From sequence record OK254197.1: DNA of 64,000 bases; one strand, given 5' to 3'. A program made the translations under genes and the position numbers. Under the pieces are notes generated by a model. That model saw nothing but the letters and a program-made list of their open reading frames with translations. It was not told the origin of the DNA and made no database searches. The stretch's first letter is position 1; each line of letters starts with the position of its first letter. This document shows, piece by piece, positions 45,863-56,070 of the stretch. The stretch comes from Escherichia phage PNJ1902.

Positions 45863-46144
45863 ATGAAAACTCGTCTAGACTGTGCTGTTCATGTTCTTGA
45901 ACATGATGTTGCAGGAACCTGTATGTCTTACCACGAAGCAGGTCGTTTAATTAAAGAACGTGTGGCAGATGTGTGCGGATTGAAGATTACTGCTGAGGAA
46001 GCTGATGATCTTTTAGGCCAAGCACTGGAGAAAACCGAAATGTTTCTCTGCGATTCTTGTTCTTGGTGGTGTGAAGCTCACGAACGTTCTTTCAACGATT
46101 ATGATGTATGTCGTGACTGTAGTGGGGAGGATGAAGATGAATAA
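45863..46144 (+). CDS. Cys-rich (Zn-binding-like) small protein
   Basis: 93 aa; CDSCSWWC ... CRDC. Confidence 0.5.
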   Translation: MKTRLDCAVHVLEHDVAGTCMSYHEAGRLIKERVADVCGLKITAEEADDLLGQALEKTEMFLCDSCSWWCEAHERSFNDYDVCRDCSGEDEDE

Positions 46145-46436
46145 GTTTATTATTGCACTGGTGATCTCCGCAGTTAGTTTAGGTTCTCTAGCGTCTACCA
46201 AAGTTTCTATGAAAAATGGCAGTGTTAAAGTCCAACAGAACGGCATTATTACCGAGTATGGTAAAGTTCGTGATGTTAAGGAACGTAATGGTAAAGTAGA
46301 AATCTATACTAATAAAAACTTCTCTACTCCAGCCGTTACTATTAGCAAACGCGGTGAAATAACCACTCAACGTACTAATAGCTCCAGTTCTTTTACTTGT
46401 CGTTATGATTGCGACTTTGAAGGTGAAGATGAATAA
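46137..46436 (+). CDS. Secreted/lipoprotein-like small protein
   Basis: ~99 aa from ATG 46137; N-terminal signal peptide. Confidence 0.5.
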   Translation: MNKFIIALVISAVSLGSLASTKVSMKNGSVKVQQNGIITEYGKVRDVKERNGKVEIYTNKNFSTPAVTISKRGEITTQRTNSSSSFTCRYDCDFEGEDE

Positions 46437-46824
46437 TTTAGACCCTAGAATTAAATTTGCAATTACAGAAATCCAAGATCAAATTGATGAGGATTTCACT
46501 GTTTGGTCAAGGTCTGGTAATGGAGAATATTGCCAGCTTTATAGTATGAAAATGGGTATCTCAATTGAGCTTAATATCAACTCTGAAGGTAGAGTAGAAG
46601 CCCGACCCATGTTCAGTGTTCCAGGCTTCTCTGGATTTGTTGCAGGTATAAAATTGTGTCTACCAAATAACCATCTTCATCGAGTTATTTGTCAGCTAGA
46701 GACTATTAAGCATTTCTTACCAGAAGGTAACATTAATGACTACTACCATGAAGTTGTAGCAGCTCATATGATGAAAGAAACTAAACGTAGGAGAGAAGAA
46801 CGTGAAAAGACTAAACATCAATAG
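46429..46824 (+). CDS. Hypothetical protein
   Basis: 131 aa from ATG 46429 overlapping previous stop. Confidence 0.5.
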   Translation: MNNLDPRIKFAITEIQDQIDEDFTVWSRSGNGEYCQLYSMKMGISIELNINSEGRVEARPMFSVPGFSGFVAGIKLCLPNNHLHRVICQLETIKHFLPEGNINDYYHEVVAAHMMKETKRRREEREKTKHQ

Positions 46825-47098
46825 CACGGTGCAGATTCCAGCAACTAAGGATGTTTTAACATTCCTACGTAGTGAGAATACCCAGTTTTGGCATGACTAT
46901 ATTCAGGAAAATAAAAATAATCCAGATGTAGTTGCCTTTGCCAAAAAACGTATCGAAGAATATAAAGATCCAGAGATTAAAGATGGGATGATTACTATGC
47001 AATTGTGGGTAGCCATGAATACGTTTGGACCCACTATGAGTCTAGGAGTTACTCCACTGTTTACTAATATTCTAATTAATGAAAAGGATCTGAAATGA
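46802..47098 (+). CDS. Hypothetical protein
   Basis: 98 aa ORF (possible GTG start). Confidence 0.45.
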   Translation: MKRLNINSTVQIPATKDVLTFLRSENTQFWHDYIQENKNNPDVVAFAKKRIEEYKDPEIKDGMITMQLWVAMNTFGPTMSLGVTPLFTNILINEKDLK

Positions 47099-47379
47099 TT
47101 ATCTCTCCATTTGCTCTTTGGTTCGTCATTGGATCTATAGTAGCTATTTACAGCTTGGTTGATGATCTGTATATTTCTAAGAATAAAGATGTAATATTAT
47201 ACGTTATACATAAAACTCGACCGTTAGATCTGTCTCCTCTTGATGATAAAACATTACTCAGATGTGCTAGATCTATGATATTTATTGTGGATATTCTTCT
47301 AGGCCCAACATCTGTGTTTTTCTTTTATAGAAAAACTCGTAATATGAAAAAATTTAAAGCTGAAATGCAGAATACCTAA
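47095..47379 (+). CDS. Small membrane protein
   Basis: 94 aa with two hydrophobic segments. Confidence 0.5.
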   Translation: MIISPFALWFVIGSIVAIYSLVDDLYISKNKDVILYVIHKTRPLDLSPLDDKTLLRCARSMIFIVDILLGPTSVFFFYRKTRNMKKFKAEMQNT

Positions 47380-47489
47380 AGAACTCGCGTAGGACCGAGT
47401 TGCGTCACCTGCAACTGTTACGGATAAGGGAGTCGTGCCCCTTAGTGCGGTAAGTGGTGAGGTGGCTGCTAGCCCTAACTGGAGATAAT

Positions 47490-47834
47490 ATGACTATATT
47501 ACTAATTCTTGTTACAACCTGGTTTTTAATCAGTGCTGGATATGCGATAGCTATTATTAGACATTTGGATGAATATTCTGCTGAATGGTTTGTTAAGTAT
47601 CTACGTATTGATGATCAAGAACAGAAGTTTAAAGATGAAAAGCAGAAAAAAGCAGTAAATAATATGACAGCCAAAGAATACTTGTTCTACATGCGTATTG
47701 TAGGGTTCTTTGGACTATTAGTTGCTGGCCCAATTGGTTCCACCATTGCTCCATATAAGGAAACAGTTGCTGACATCAAATTGTGGAGAAATGCAGGGGT
47801 ACTGCACAAAGCTAGAAAAACTAATATTACATAA
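47490..47834 (+). CDS. Membrane protein
   Basis: ~114 aa from ATG 47490 (RBS GGAGATAAT); hydrophobic helices. Confidence 0.5.
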   Translation: MTILLILVTTWFLISAGYAIAIIRHLDEYSAEWFVKYLRIDDQEQKFKDEKQKKAVNNMTAKEYLFYMRIVGFFGLLVAGPIGSTIAPYKETVADIKLWRNAGVLHKARKTNIT

Positions 47835-47877
47835 GATTGACACTAAGTCAACTTACTAGCAAAAGCAAATAATGACA

Positions 47878-47915
47878 AAGCCCAGCCTGCACTTTTGCGA
47901 CTGGGCTATTTTTAT
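47878..47915 (+). terminator. Intrinsic terminator
   Basis: AGCCCAGC...GACTGGGCT hairpin + ATTTTTAT. Confidence 0.65.
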
Positions 47916-47928
47916 AATAAAATTTTAG

Positions 47929-47957
47929 TTGCTTAGATGCCCAAACTTTTGTATAAT
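47929..47957 (+). promoter_or_regulatory. sigma70 promoter (T5 early type)
   Basis: TTGCTT-17-TATAAT. Confidence 0.7.
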
Positions 47958-47988
47958 ATGTTTATAGATTGAGGCAAGAGGATTAAAT

Positions 47989-48687
47989 ATGAGGATTATT
48001 TCTAAGTTCGCCGATGTGTATGATTTGCAGAACAGTTTGTTCGACCCAGATCGTGTGTGGGAACGTAAAACTGAGGAGTTACTGGTTAAAGTAACTGATG
48101 ATGCAGAAAAGAACATTGTGCATACTCGCCAGGTATTTCGTGATGGTTCGCTATCTTTCCATGGTGATTTCGAATATTTTGTAAACCCACTATTTGTTGC
48201 AGGTGAAGTTTACTGGTTACACGAGCTGTACTGCTGGCATCCAGCATTTAGCTTCAAAACGTTTAATCTCGACACTATGTTCGATAAAATGGAAGAGATG
48301 GGATTGCATGCTCGCTCTTACTTAATGGATAAGAGTCGTGGAGATGTTCGTGAAACAATGCGTGATTTGCTCGCTGAAGCAAAACCTAAAGCAGAACGTA
48401 TCTTATCCGAACTGCGTGTACCGATTGCATATGTGAAAGGTATTAAAAAGAACGATAACGATGATGTTCGTAACTTCGTGATTCAGACTAACATTCGTTT
48501 CCATCAGTCAGGTATTCCGTGGCAGGAAATTGAAAGTAACTTATACCGTTTACACCAAGTTCTCGAACAGTATATCTTCGGTGTACTAGGAACTGGTGAG
48601 CCTGATATGATTAAAGTATCAGATAAAGACAGGTTAGCAGCGCATGGATTTGATACAAAAACTTCTTTCAGGAATATGGCACGGTAA
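47989..48687 (+). CDS. Hypothetical protein
   Basis: 232 aa ORF with RBS AAGAGGA. Confidence 0.6.
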   Translation: MRIISKFADVYDLQNSLFDPDRVWERKTEELLVKVTDDAEKNIVHTRQVFRDGSLSFHGDFEYFVNPLFVAGEVYWLHELYCWHPAFSFKTFNLDTMFDKMEEMGLHARSYLMDKSRGDVRETMRDLLAEAKPKAERILSELRVPIAYVKGIKKNDNDDVRNFVIQTNIRFHQSGIPWQEIESNLYRLHQVLEQYIFGVLGTGEPDMIKVSDKDRLAAHGFDTKTSFRNMAR

Positions 48688-49093
48688 GTGGTATATCCTG
48701 GGAGCAGGTCTAGCGATAGGCATCGGGTTCGGTGCTTATCACTTAGTAGATAGAGTGGAGACTTTAGCGGGAGATCTTGCAGTAGCTACTAAAAAGATCT
48801 CTTCTCTAGAGACTTCCCTTAATAAGGTGAAAGCTGAAAGCGAACTTCGTGAGACTAGAATGAATCAGTATTTCACAATGAATAATATTTCGCAAGCAGA
48901 TCTAGACAAAAAGATTAAGCAGCTAGATAAAGCTCTTAGTCGTCAAGATGTTATCGCTGCAAAGCCTGGATTGGTAACATTAATTGCTAAAAAGCAGAAT
49001 AAAGAGTTCGAGGAAAGATTAGCATGTTTAACTGGAAACTTGGAGTACTGCTCGCAGCCACAATCACAATCACAGGCTGTGCAGAAGAAATAA
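48644..49093 (+). CDS. Membrane-anchored coiled-coil protein
   Basis: 149 aa; N-terminal TM helix. Confidence 0.45.
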   Translation: MDLIQKLLSGIWHGKWYILGAGLAIGIGFGAYHLVDRVETLAGDLAVATKKISSLETSLNKVKAESELRETRMNQYFTMNNISQADLDKKIKQLDKALSRQDVIAAKPGLVTLIAKKQNKEFEERLACLTGNLEYCSQPQSQSQAVQKK

Positions 49094-49377
49094 AACCAGA
49101 GCCATCTCATGAGTTAAAGCAAGCTCATGTAGACTGGCCTAAAGGACTTCAACCTTGTAGCTTTGACTTTAAGTTTGAAAAGAAATTAGCTACAAATGGA
49201 GAAGATGGCGTAGTAGTTGTTATACCATACAAAGATTGGAATGCAAAAGCAAAATGTGAGGAAGCAGTTTACTCTTACATTTCACGACTGACTGGTATGG
49301 TCTGCTTCTATCGTCAAGATTTACAAGAAAAACGTTGCTTAGTTTACTATCCACCCATTACAAATAGGAAAGATTAA
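49024..49377 (+). CDS. Putative lipoprotein
   Basis: 117 aa; signal peptide with lipobox ITGC. Confidence 0.5.
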   Translation: MFNWKLGVLLAATITITGCAEEIKPEPSHELKQAHVDWPKGLQPCSFDFKFEKKLATNGEDGVVVVIPYKDWNAKAKCEEAVYSYISRLTGMVCFYRQDLQEKRCLVYYPPITNRKD

Positions 49378-50129
49378 TGTCAGTATTAGTCGGTTTACAT
49401 GGTGAAGCTGGTTCGGGAAAAGATACCGTTGCAAAATTAATTATCGATTGGTGTAATGACACATATCCAACGTGTTTATCACGTCGTTACAGTTTTGCTA
49501 AGCCCGTTTATGAACTTGCATCTGTAATCCTCGGTGTAACTCCAGAGTTTCTAGGAGAGCGCAAGGGAAAAGAGATTGACCAATGGTTTACGGTCACACA
49601 ATCTCAATTGGAGCGAGCCAGAGATGTGTGGTTTAAGTACGGTATCGATAAGTTTGAAGATTTCTCGTACGTTTGGCCTATTTTTGAGGAAAAATATCTT
49701 AATCCTCAACAACTTATCTCAGAGAGTAAAGAAGACGGACTTTATAGTTTATTTATTTCTCCGAGAAAAATGTTACAGCTCGTAGGGACAGAGCTAGGAA
49801 GGCAGCTGGTGCATGAACGCATTTGGCTCATAATTCTGGAGCAATCCATCGCTAAAGACGACCCAGATGTCGCCGTAATAACAGATGTTAGATTCCCCAA
49901 TGAAGGAGAGTTACTCAGAGAAACAAACCATTTAGATATGGATTCTTTGATAGTAAATGTAGTGCCCGCTGAGCAGAAGTTCACTATTAAATCAGATCAT
50001 CCATCTGAAAGTGGTATTCCTGCAAAATATATTACTCACGAATTAGTTAATAAATTCGATGGTATCAATAACCTTAAACTAGAAGTTTATAACTTCTGTG
50101 ACTTAGAGCTAGAACCACTAGTTGGATAA
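49377..50129 (+). CDS. Deoxynucleoside monophosphate kinase-like P-loop protein
   Basis: 250 aa; Walker A GEAGSGKDT at N-terminus. Confidence 0.55.
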   Translation: MSVLVGLHGEAGSGKDTVAKLIIDWCNDTYPTCLSRRYSFAKPVYELASVILGVTPEFLGERKGKEIDQWFTVTQSQLERARDVWFKYGIDKFEDFSYVWPIFEEKYLNPQQLISESKEDGLYSLFISPRKMLQLVGTELGRQLVHERIWLIILEQSIAKDDPDVAVITDVRFPNEGELLRETNHLDMDSLIVNVVPAEQKFTIKSDHPSESGIPAKYITHELVNKFDGINNLKLEVYNFCDLELEPLVG

Positions 50130-50141
50130 TCAAGGATCGCT

Positions 50142-50741
50142 ATGACTAATAAAAAAGAAGAAAAGACTAACCTGTTTCACTCCATTCGCCAATCTAATGA
50201 GTATACCTTTTTCTTTGATGAAGAATTAGGCCCGCCGGATGAATACCGTGATTTATCAATGGTACTTATGCAGGCACATGAGGACGACGAAATTAATCTG
50301 ATGATTAATGGCCCGGGTGGTTATGTTGATACTGCTGCACAGTTATCTAACTTAATTGCTAATTGCCGTGGAACAGTTATAGGACATCTGGTTGGTCCTA
50401 GTGCTTCTGCTTACTGCACAATTTTCCTATCCTGTCATGGATGGGTAGTACATCCACATGCTACGCTAATGGGACACACGTTCTCTGGCGGATTCTGTGA
50501 GAAGGGTCAAGAAATCAAGAAAGCCTATGAATCTTACAACAAGTTCGTAGAAGATATGATGTTAGATGTCTACTATCCGTTCTTCTCAATAGACGAAATC
50601 GACGAGATGGTAAAAGACAACAAAAATATCTATCTAGATAGCAAAGAAATCCATAAGCGTATTGAAATCTTGGCAAAATATCGATCTGAGCAATATAATA
50701 AAGCCCAGTTACCTCAACCAGAAGAGCATAACGAAGGGTAA
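50142..50741 (+). CDS. ClpP-like serine protease
   Basis: 199 aa; INGPGGYV (ClpP INSPGG-like), downstream Ser and His. Confidence 0.55.
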   Translation: MTNKKEEKTNLFHSIRQSNEYTFFFDEELGPPDEYRDLSMVLMQAHEDDEINLMINGPGGYVDTAAQLSNLIANCRGTVIGHLVGPSASAYCTIFLSCHGWVVHPHATLMGHTFSGGFCEKGQEIKKAYESYNKFVEDMMLDVYYPFFSIDEIDEMVKDNKNIYLDSKEIHKRIEILAKYRSEQYNKAQLPQPEEHNEG

Positions 50742-50750
50742 GTAATTTTA

Positions 50751-50784
50751 AGCCAGGGTTTAACGACCCTGGCTTTTCTTTTAT
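50751..50784 (+). terminator. Intrinsic terminator
   Basis: AGCCAGGG...CCCTGGCT hairpin + TTTTCTTTT. Confidence 0.7.
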
Positions 50785-50897
50785 CTAAAATTCTTCTTGA
50801 CAACGACAAAATTTTATGCTCCAGAAGTGATCTTTAAAAACACATTGTAATTTTCCTCCAAAATTAGTATAATGGTACTGGTTAGAGGAGGTTACAA

Positions 50898-51554
50898 TTG
50901 GAAAAGTTCTTACAATTATTAACGGTACTGCTCCAAGAAGCGAAAGATCCAGCATCGCTTCTTAAACGTCTGCTAACTATCTTAGTTGCTGTCATTATTT
51001 TCTTATTTGTTAGTAATACTAGTGAGGTGATGTCATTCTTAAAGACTTTCTCCACGTCTGCGGTTCTACAGGATGTTCAAACTCAAAGGATAGATAACTT
51101 TCCTAATGTAGCTAGAGAAAAGAGCATGGTACTCTTTTCTCAAACGGGTGCGGATGCTGTTTTTGTCGTCAAGTATAAACCCGATGCCATTAATGATTAT
51201 TCTAACATTATTGCATGGGAAAGCAATGCGCAATTAGATAGGGCTGACTTGGCCGATAAAGCGGTAAATAAAACGTCTGAGCTATATAGACGTCACTTGG
51301 AAGGCTTTAACTACGCATCGGATTTAAGTGTAAAAGTAAATAAATACATGGGGTTAAATATACCTGCGTTTAAGAACGTTACTTTTAATTACATATACAC
51401 TTGTCCGTATTTCAATCTAAACAATATCTATGCTGGATATATTGGTATTGCTTGGAAAGATAATCCTGTAGATGCAGCCGATTCTGAGAAATTTAACGAG
51501 TATTTAACAAAGCTCTGTTCCCCACAACAGAGATCTTTAGGTAGATCAATATGA
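50898..51554 (+). CDS. Putative holin
   Basis: 218 aa; N-terminal TM segment; immediately upstream of and overlapping endolysin gene. Confidence 0.55.
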   Translation: MEKFLQLLTVLLQEAKDPASLLKRLLTILVAVIIFLFVSNTSEVMSFLKTFSTSAVLQDVQTQRIDNFPNVAREKSMVLFSQTGADAVFVVKYKPDAINDYSNIIAWESNAQLDRADLADKAVNKTSELYRRHLEGFNYASDLSVKVNKYMGLNIPAFKNVTFNYIYTCPYFNLNNIYAGYIGIAWKDNPVDAADSEKFNEYLTKLCSPQQRSLGRSI

Positions 51555-51964
51555 GTTTTAAATTTGGTAAAAATAGCGAAAAACAATTAGCTACCGTTAA
51601 GCCAGAGCTACAAAAAGTAGCTCGTAGAGCTTTAGAATTATCTCCGTATGATTTCACGATCGTACAGGGTATTCGTACAGTAGCACAAAGTGCCCAGAAT
51701 ATCGCTAATGGTACTTCATTTTTAAAAGATCCTAGTAAAAGCAAGCATATTACTGGGGATGCACTTGATTTTGCTCCATACATTAATGGCAAAATTGATT
51801 GGAATGATTTAGAAGCATTTTGGGCAGTTAAAAAGGCTTTTGAACAAGCTGGTAAAGAACTAGGCATTAAACTTCGCTTTGGTGCTGATTGGAATGCTTC
51901 GGGAGATTATCATGATGAAATAAAACGTGGTACCTATGATGGCGGTCATGTCGAACTAGTTTAA
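51551..51964 (+). CDS. Endolysin, L-alanyl-D-glutamate peptidase (M15 family)
   Basis: 137 aa; Zn-ligand pattern H-x6-D (HITGDALD) and C-terminal GGH. Confidence 0.75.
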   Translation: MSFKFGKNSEKQLATVKPELQKVARRALELSPYDFTIVQGIRTVAQSAQNIANGTSFLKDPSKSKHITGDALDFAPYINGKIDWNDLEAFWAVKKAFEQAGKELGIKLRFGADWNASGDYHDEIKRGTYDGGHVELV

Positions 51965-51975
51965 TTAATAACTTA

Positions 51976-51998
51976 GGCGGGAATATTCCCGCCTTTTT
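51976..51998 (+). terminator. Intrinsic terminator
   Basis: GGCGGGAATATTCCCGCC + TTTTT. Confidence 0.75.
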
Positions 51999-52041
51999 AG
52001 GCAAAGGGGGCTTTAATAATTTTTGAAGATAGGAGAAAGCC

Positions 52042-52458
52042 ATGTTTGCAGAACTATTCACTATGATGCTGCTAGGTATCTGGAAAATAAGTCTAGTAGT
52101 ATTCGTTTTAATGATAGTCTTTACTATCCTTGCATTAACTACCCGAAATAGCTTATTAATAAAGGTTATTCACGGACTAGAGTATATAATTATGGGTTCA
52201 TTCGGCGTTTGTAAATGCAATTGCCATAGAGATACGAAATATTGTTGGTTATGGATGGAACTAGAGAATCCTATATCCATAGCTTTGGCTGTTTCATTCG
52301 GCATGATTCTTATGGCCCTTACTCTAGCATTAATACCTTTGATGTTAGCTGGGGGAGTTACAGCGTATTTCACCCTTTTCTCCCCGATACTTATGTACTC
52401 AATTTACCCAATAACTATGTATCTAGTTAGGAAAAGATTTATACATACAGTAGATTAA
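52042..52458 (+). CDS. Multi-pass membrane protein
   Basis: 138 aa; several hydrophobic helices. Confidence 0.5.
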   Translation: MFAELFTMMLLGIWKISLVVFVLMIVFTILALTTRNSLLIKVIHGLEYIIMGSFGVCKCNCHRDTKYCWLWMELENPISIALAVSFGMILMALTLALIPLMLAGGVTAYFTLFSPILMYSIYPITMYLVRKRFIHTVD

Positions 52459-52471
52459 GATAAAAAAGTAG

Positions 52472-52500
52472 TTGACTTTTAGCCCTAGTTATTATATAAT
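52472..52500 (+). promoter_or_regulatory. sigma70 promoter
   Basis: TTGACT-17-TATAAT. Confidence 0.7.
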
Positions 52501-52533
52501 ATATACATAAATTAGTTAAGAGAGGTATATATT

Positions 52534-52965
52534 ATGTCTGATCGTTTCTATACTCAAATGGCGGAACATTTTCGTATACCACATTACGAGCTAAACATTG
52601 CACTCCGTGATCATGACTCTCCTGAGTACAAAAAGCTCGAAAAGAAAGCGGAAAAATCTATTGATACAAAGGTAGGTGCATCTATGTCTAAGGGCAAAAA
52701 GTTAACTCGTCTTGATCTTAATAAAATTTTAACTGAACTTTTGGGTACTGATATTGAAGGTGCTAAATTACCGCTTCTTGTACTAGAGACTATGATTAAA
52801 AAGGTCAAAAATAAAGAGTATAAAAAGGTAGAAGTCCCAGAAGGCAGATTGAAGGCTCCTTATCAGGAAGCATTAACCGAGTGTTTGGGTGTAAATCTTG
52901 ATCTAAGCACCGCAACCGTAAAAACTATGAAAAACTTCTTAGAGGCCATTAATAACTATGAGTAA
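52534..52965 (+). CDS. Hypothetical protein
   Basis: 143 aa ORF with RBS AGAGAGG. Confidence 0.55.
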   Translation: MSDRFYTQMAEHFRIPHYELNIALRDHDSPEYKKLEKKAEKSIDTKVGASMSKGKKLTRLDLNKILTELLGTDIEGAKLPLLVLETMIKKVKNKEYKKVEVPEGRLKAPYQEALTECLGVNLDLSTATVKTMKNFLEAINNYE

Positions 52966-53248
52966 ATTAGTATATCTATTGAAAGGTTCCACTTGCAATC
53001 CTTGCAAAATGTTTGAGCCAGTATTTGATAAAGTAGTCAATGACTATAATTTGGAAATCCATAAAGAGACTGATAATACAGAATTAATGCAGAAATTTGG
53101 TGTGCGCCAAGTTCCTGTAGTAGTTCTGGCAGATCGCTTACCTAATGGTCGAGTAGAAGCTAATCATATTCTGATTGGACGTCAGCTTCGTAAAGAAACT
53201 ATGCACGAAGCTATTAAAAATTTCCTGGATGATAATCCAGAGGACTAA
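52958..53248 (+). CDS. Thioredoxin/glutaredoxin-like protein
   Basis: 96 aa; CNPC redox motif near N-terminus. Confidence 0.5.
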   Translation: MSKLVYLLKGSTCNPCKMFEPVFDKVVNDYNLEIHKETDNTELMQKFGVRQVPVVVLADRLPNGRVEANHILIGRQLRKETMHEAIKNFLDDNPED

Positions 53249-53255
53249 TAAACAA

Positions 53256-53286
53256 AGCCTGATCTTAGCTGATCAGGCTTTTATTT
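53256..53286 (+). terminator. Intrinsic terminator
   Basis: AGCCTGATC...GATCAGGCT hairpin + TTTATTTT. Confidence 0.65.
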
Positions 53287-53289
53287 TAC

Positions 53290-53318
53290 TTGCTTTTTGC
53301 TAAAAATTTTGGTATAAT
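53290..53318 (+). promoter_or_regulatory. sigma70 promoter
   Basis: TTGCTT-17-TATAAT. Confidence 0.6.
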
Positions 53319-53345
53319 AATTATATAAATTGATTGGAGGATTAA

Positions 53346-53591
53346 ATGTTAGCGGAACAAGCAAAACGTTTAGCCAGGATAAATAGAGCTACACTCCTTA
53401 AGAGCAGAAAGAAACCATATAAATACGTTAAAAAGAGAATAGTTTCTTCTGTGGAGATTGGGGGTTCTTTTGTACAGTTTAATCGTGATGAAATTAGTTA
53501 TGAAGCTATAAAAGCCCTATATAAAGAGGGTTATAATCTCCAACTATCTAATGATTATGGCACAACTATTTTAACTGTTATTTGGGAATAA
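53346..53591 (+). CDS. Hypothetical protein
   Basis: 81 aa ORF with RBS GGAGGA. Confidence 0.5.
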   Translation: MLAEQAKRLARINRATLLKSRKKPYKYVKKRIVSSVEIGGSFVQFNRDEISYEAIKALYKEGYNLQLSNDYGTTILTVIWE

Positions 53592-54457
53592 TTATGAAAA
53601 AAGAATTTAATGTACATAAAACTCTAGTAGTGCCGGATGACGCCAACTTGTTTTTCGTTGGTGATATTCATGGATGCAACGATTTACTAGAAGATGCGTT
53701 GAAATTAGCTGGGTATAATAGCAAAAAAGATTATGTAGTATGTGTTGGTGACTTAATTGACCGAGGCACACAAAACTTACAAGTTTTAGCCAAATTCCTG
53801 TATAATCCACGTTTTATTAGTGTCCGTGGTAATCATGACCAATTTATGATTGTAGGAGATTGGGCTAATTGGATGTATAATGGTGGTATGTGGGCCATGA
53901 ATGAACTAGATGCAGACACCATTAAAAATATTGCCGAAGATATGGCTGAAAAAATGCCAGTATTCCTAACTGTTAGACATCGTGGTAAGAAATTTGGTGT
54001 TGTTCACGGTGGTGTACCTTTTACATACAAAGAATGTGGTAATGAAGTAGAAACCCCAGTATGGGATAATCTTATTGCACAAGTAGAAGCAGCTAAGGAA
54101 GACCCACATGACCATCCTGGATACCATATTGAACCATATTTATGGGATCGAGATGTAATCCAAGAAATAGGCTTCTACTTGTCCAAAAATAGTGAGGAAC
54201 ACCCGTATTTCCAGCGTTATGCAGGATTTAAAGAAAAATACATGGTAGAAGTGCCAGAAGTTAAAGGTGTAGATTTCGTGTTTCACGGACATACTGGAGT
54301 TCCTTACCCACTTCTTTATAAGAACCGTGTTTATCTTGATACTGGCGGTGTTTTCAACGGGCAGTTGACGGTTGCGCAAGTTAACGATGAAACTGGCAAA
54401 ATCACCACATTTACCACACTCCGGGAAGATAGCTGTGGTGTACAGAGGGTTCTTTAA
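53582..54457 (+). CDS. Ser/Thr protein phosphatase (calcineurin-like metallophosphoesterase)
   Basis: 291 aa; GDIHG, GDLIDRG, GNHD motifs. Confidence 0.75.
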   Translation: MGIIMKKEFNVHKTLVVPDDANLFFVGDIHGCNDLLEDALKLAGYNSKKDYVVCVGDLIDRGTQNLQVLAKFLYNPRFISVRGNHDQFMIVGDWANWMYNGGMWAMNELDADTIKNIAEDMAEKMPVFLTVRHRGKKFGVVHGGVPFTYKECGNEVETPVWDNLIAQVEAAKEDPHDHPGYHIEPYLWDRDVIQEIGFYLSKNSEEHPYFQRYAGFKEKYMVEVPEVKGVDFVFHGHTGVPYPLLYKNRVYLDTGGVFNGQLTVAQVNDETGKITTFTTLREDSCGVQRVL

Positions 54458-54978
54458 TGAAAGTTTGTTTTTGGAGTGATCTCCACTTGGGGCATGCAAA
54501 TATTACTAAATTCAGACCAATCTTCTCTACTATGGAAGAGCATGACGAATTTATTATGGATACTATTACATCCGTGAAAGATAAGCGTACAGTATTCTAT
54601 ATTTTAGGAGACGCATTTGTATCTAGAAATGGTTTGGAAAAGTTCGAAAAACTCTTTGGCAATGTTAGAACTACGTTAGTTTTGGGAAACCACGACTTAG
54701 AACGAGAAGGATTATCTTTCAAAGACTTAATAGGGGTTGTAGATAACGTACAATCACTAGTTAAGTATAAAAACTTCTGGCTTTCCCATGCTCCAATACA
54801 CCATGGGGAGCTGAGGGGTAAGAAGAACTTACATGGGCATACTCACTTTGAGCTAATGGGGGATCCTCGTTATATTAACGTTTGTGTCGAGTATGCAAAA
54901 TCACCAGTACGTCTGGAAGACATCATGAGTGGTAAGTATACCTCACATGATAAAACTAGCTGGATGTTAAATGTCTAA
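54457..54978 (+). CDS. Calcineurin-like metallophosphoesterase
   Basis: 173 aa; GDAFVSRNG, GNHD, HGHTH motifs. Confidence 0.6.
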   Translation: MKVCFWSDLHLGHANITKFRPIFSTMEEHDEFIMDTITSVKDKRTVFYILGDAFVSRNGLEKFEKLFGNVRTTLVLGNHDLEREGLSFKDLIGVVDNVQSLVKYKNFWLSHAPIHHGELRGKKNLHGHTHFELMGDPRYINVCVEYAKSPVRLEDIMSGKYTSHDKTSWMLNV

Positions 54979-55086
54979 GTATATAGCTGAGGCTATTATT
55001 AAACGAATCATACAAGCGATAGCAATACTTATAATCATTTGTATTGCTATTGGTACAGGATTAGGCATTTTAATTAAAAGTTTTAT

Positions 55087-55115
55087 TTGCTAAAATGCTT
55101 AAGTTTCTGTATAAT
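55087..55115 (+). promoter_or_regulatory. sigma70 promoter (T5 early type)
   Basis: TTGCTA-17-TATAAT. Confidence 0.7.
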
Positions 55116-55145
55116 TACTTTATAAATTGATGAGAAGGAATCAAA

Positions 55146-55577
55146 ATGAACAAAGTTGATAAAGCTCTAGTTTTCGCAGCAGCAGATAAGTTTGAACAAG
55201 TTAAGGCAACTTTCCGAACCTTGTTCCAGTCTTACGTTCAGGATAAGTCTAATCCTATCTCTGAACGTTTGATGGTCTGGGAATGTCATGCTTGCAATGC
55301 CCTATTAATTGCGGATTATCGTAGCGATATAGATAAAGATCTGTGCGAAATTCTTATCGCTGAGGAGGCAGAACGTTATCAGTTAATCTCTTTCCAAGAT
55401 TTGGCGGAGCATATCATTCCTGATGATCTTTGGGATAAATACTATGGGGATCCTGAAGATGAAGGAATGACTCCAGAAGCCTGTATTGAGCTAATCTGCA
55501 AAAATCATCCTGAAATTGCAGAGAAATTTGAAAAAGTTTTTGCTTCTGAGTTCTCCGGCGTTGTTAACGATTGGTAA
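55146..55577 (+). CDS. Hypothetical protein
   Basis: 143 aa ORF with RBS GAAGGAA. Confidence 0.55.
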   Translation: MNKVDKALVFAAADKFEQVKATFRTLFQSYVQDKSNPISERLMVWECHACNALLIADYRSDIDKDLCEILIAEEAERYQLISFQDLAEHIIPDDLWDKYYGDPEDEGMTPEACIELICKNHPEIAEKFEKVFASEFSGVVNDW

Positions 55578-55594
55578 GTAATTAAAAAATTCAG

Positions 55595-55623
55595 TTGCTT
55601 TAAGCCTTAAAATTCTGTATAAT
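55595..55623 (+). promoter_or_regulatory. sigma70 promoter (T5 early type)
   Basis: TTGCTT-17-TATAAT. Confidence 0.7.
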
Positions 55624-55655
55624 AAGTTCATAAATTAATGAGAGAGGAAATTCTA

Positions 55656-55907
55656 ATGGAAAACATGACTAAAAACGAAATGGCTAACGTTCTGGCAATT
55701 CTCCTCGACATGCAGGGTTTTGAGGGTCAGCTCATGAAGATGTCTATTCCGGCAATGAAAAAGATGTATGATTCTCTAAATAAGAATGCTATGGCATTCA
55801 ACCTCGCAAAACAGGAAGCACGTTTTGCGAAAGAACATCAGGCTACTGCTGAACGCCGTGCAGCATCTTTTGAGCGTGAAGTTAAGCAACTGAAAGGTAA
55901 GAAATAA
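55656..55907 (+). CDS. Hypothetical protein
   Basis: 83 aa from ATG 55656. Confidence 0.5.
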   Translation: MENMTKNEMANVLAILLDMQGFEGQLMKMSIPAMKKMYDSLNKNAMAFNLAKQEARFAKEHQATAERRAASFEREVKQLKGKK

Positions 55908-56070
55908 TGGAAAGAGTATCAATCTCAATACTGTCATTCCTTATAGGAATACTAATATATAATATAGTTGCTCTTAATGTACACTTAACTGAGGTAGACA
56001 AATCTCTCCATGAGTTAAATGTAGAAATGTGTAAATTAGTCCCGGATAACGAAAAATGTAGGGGTACTTA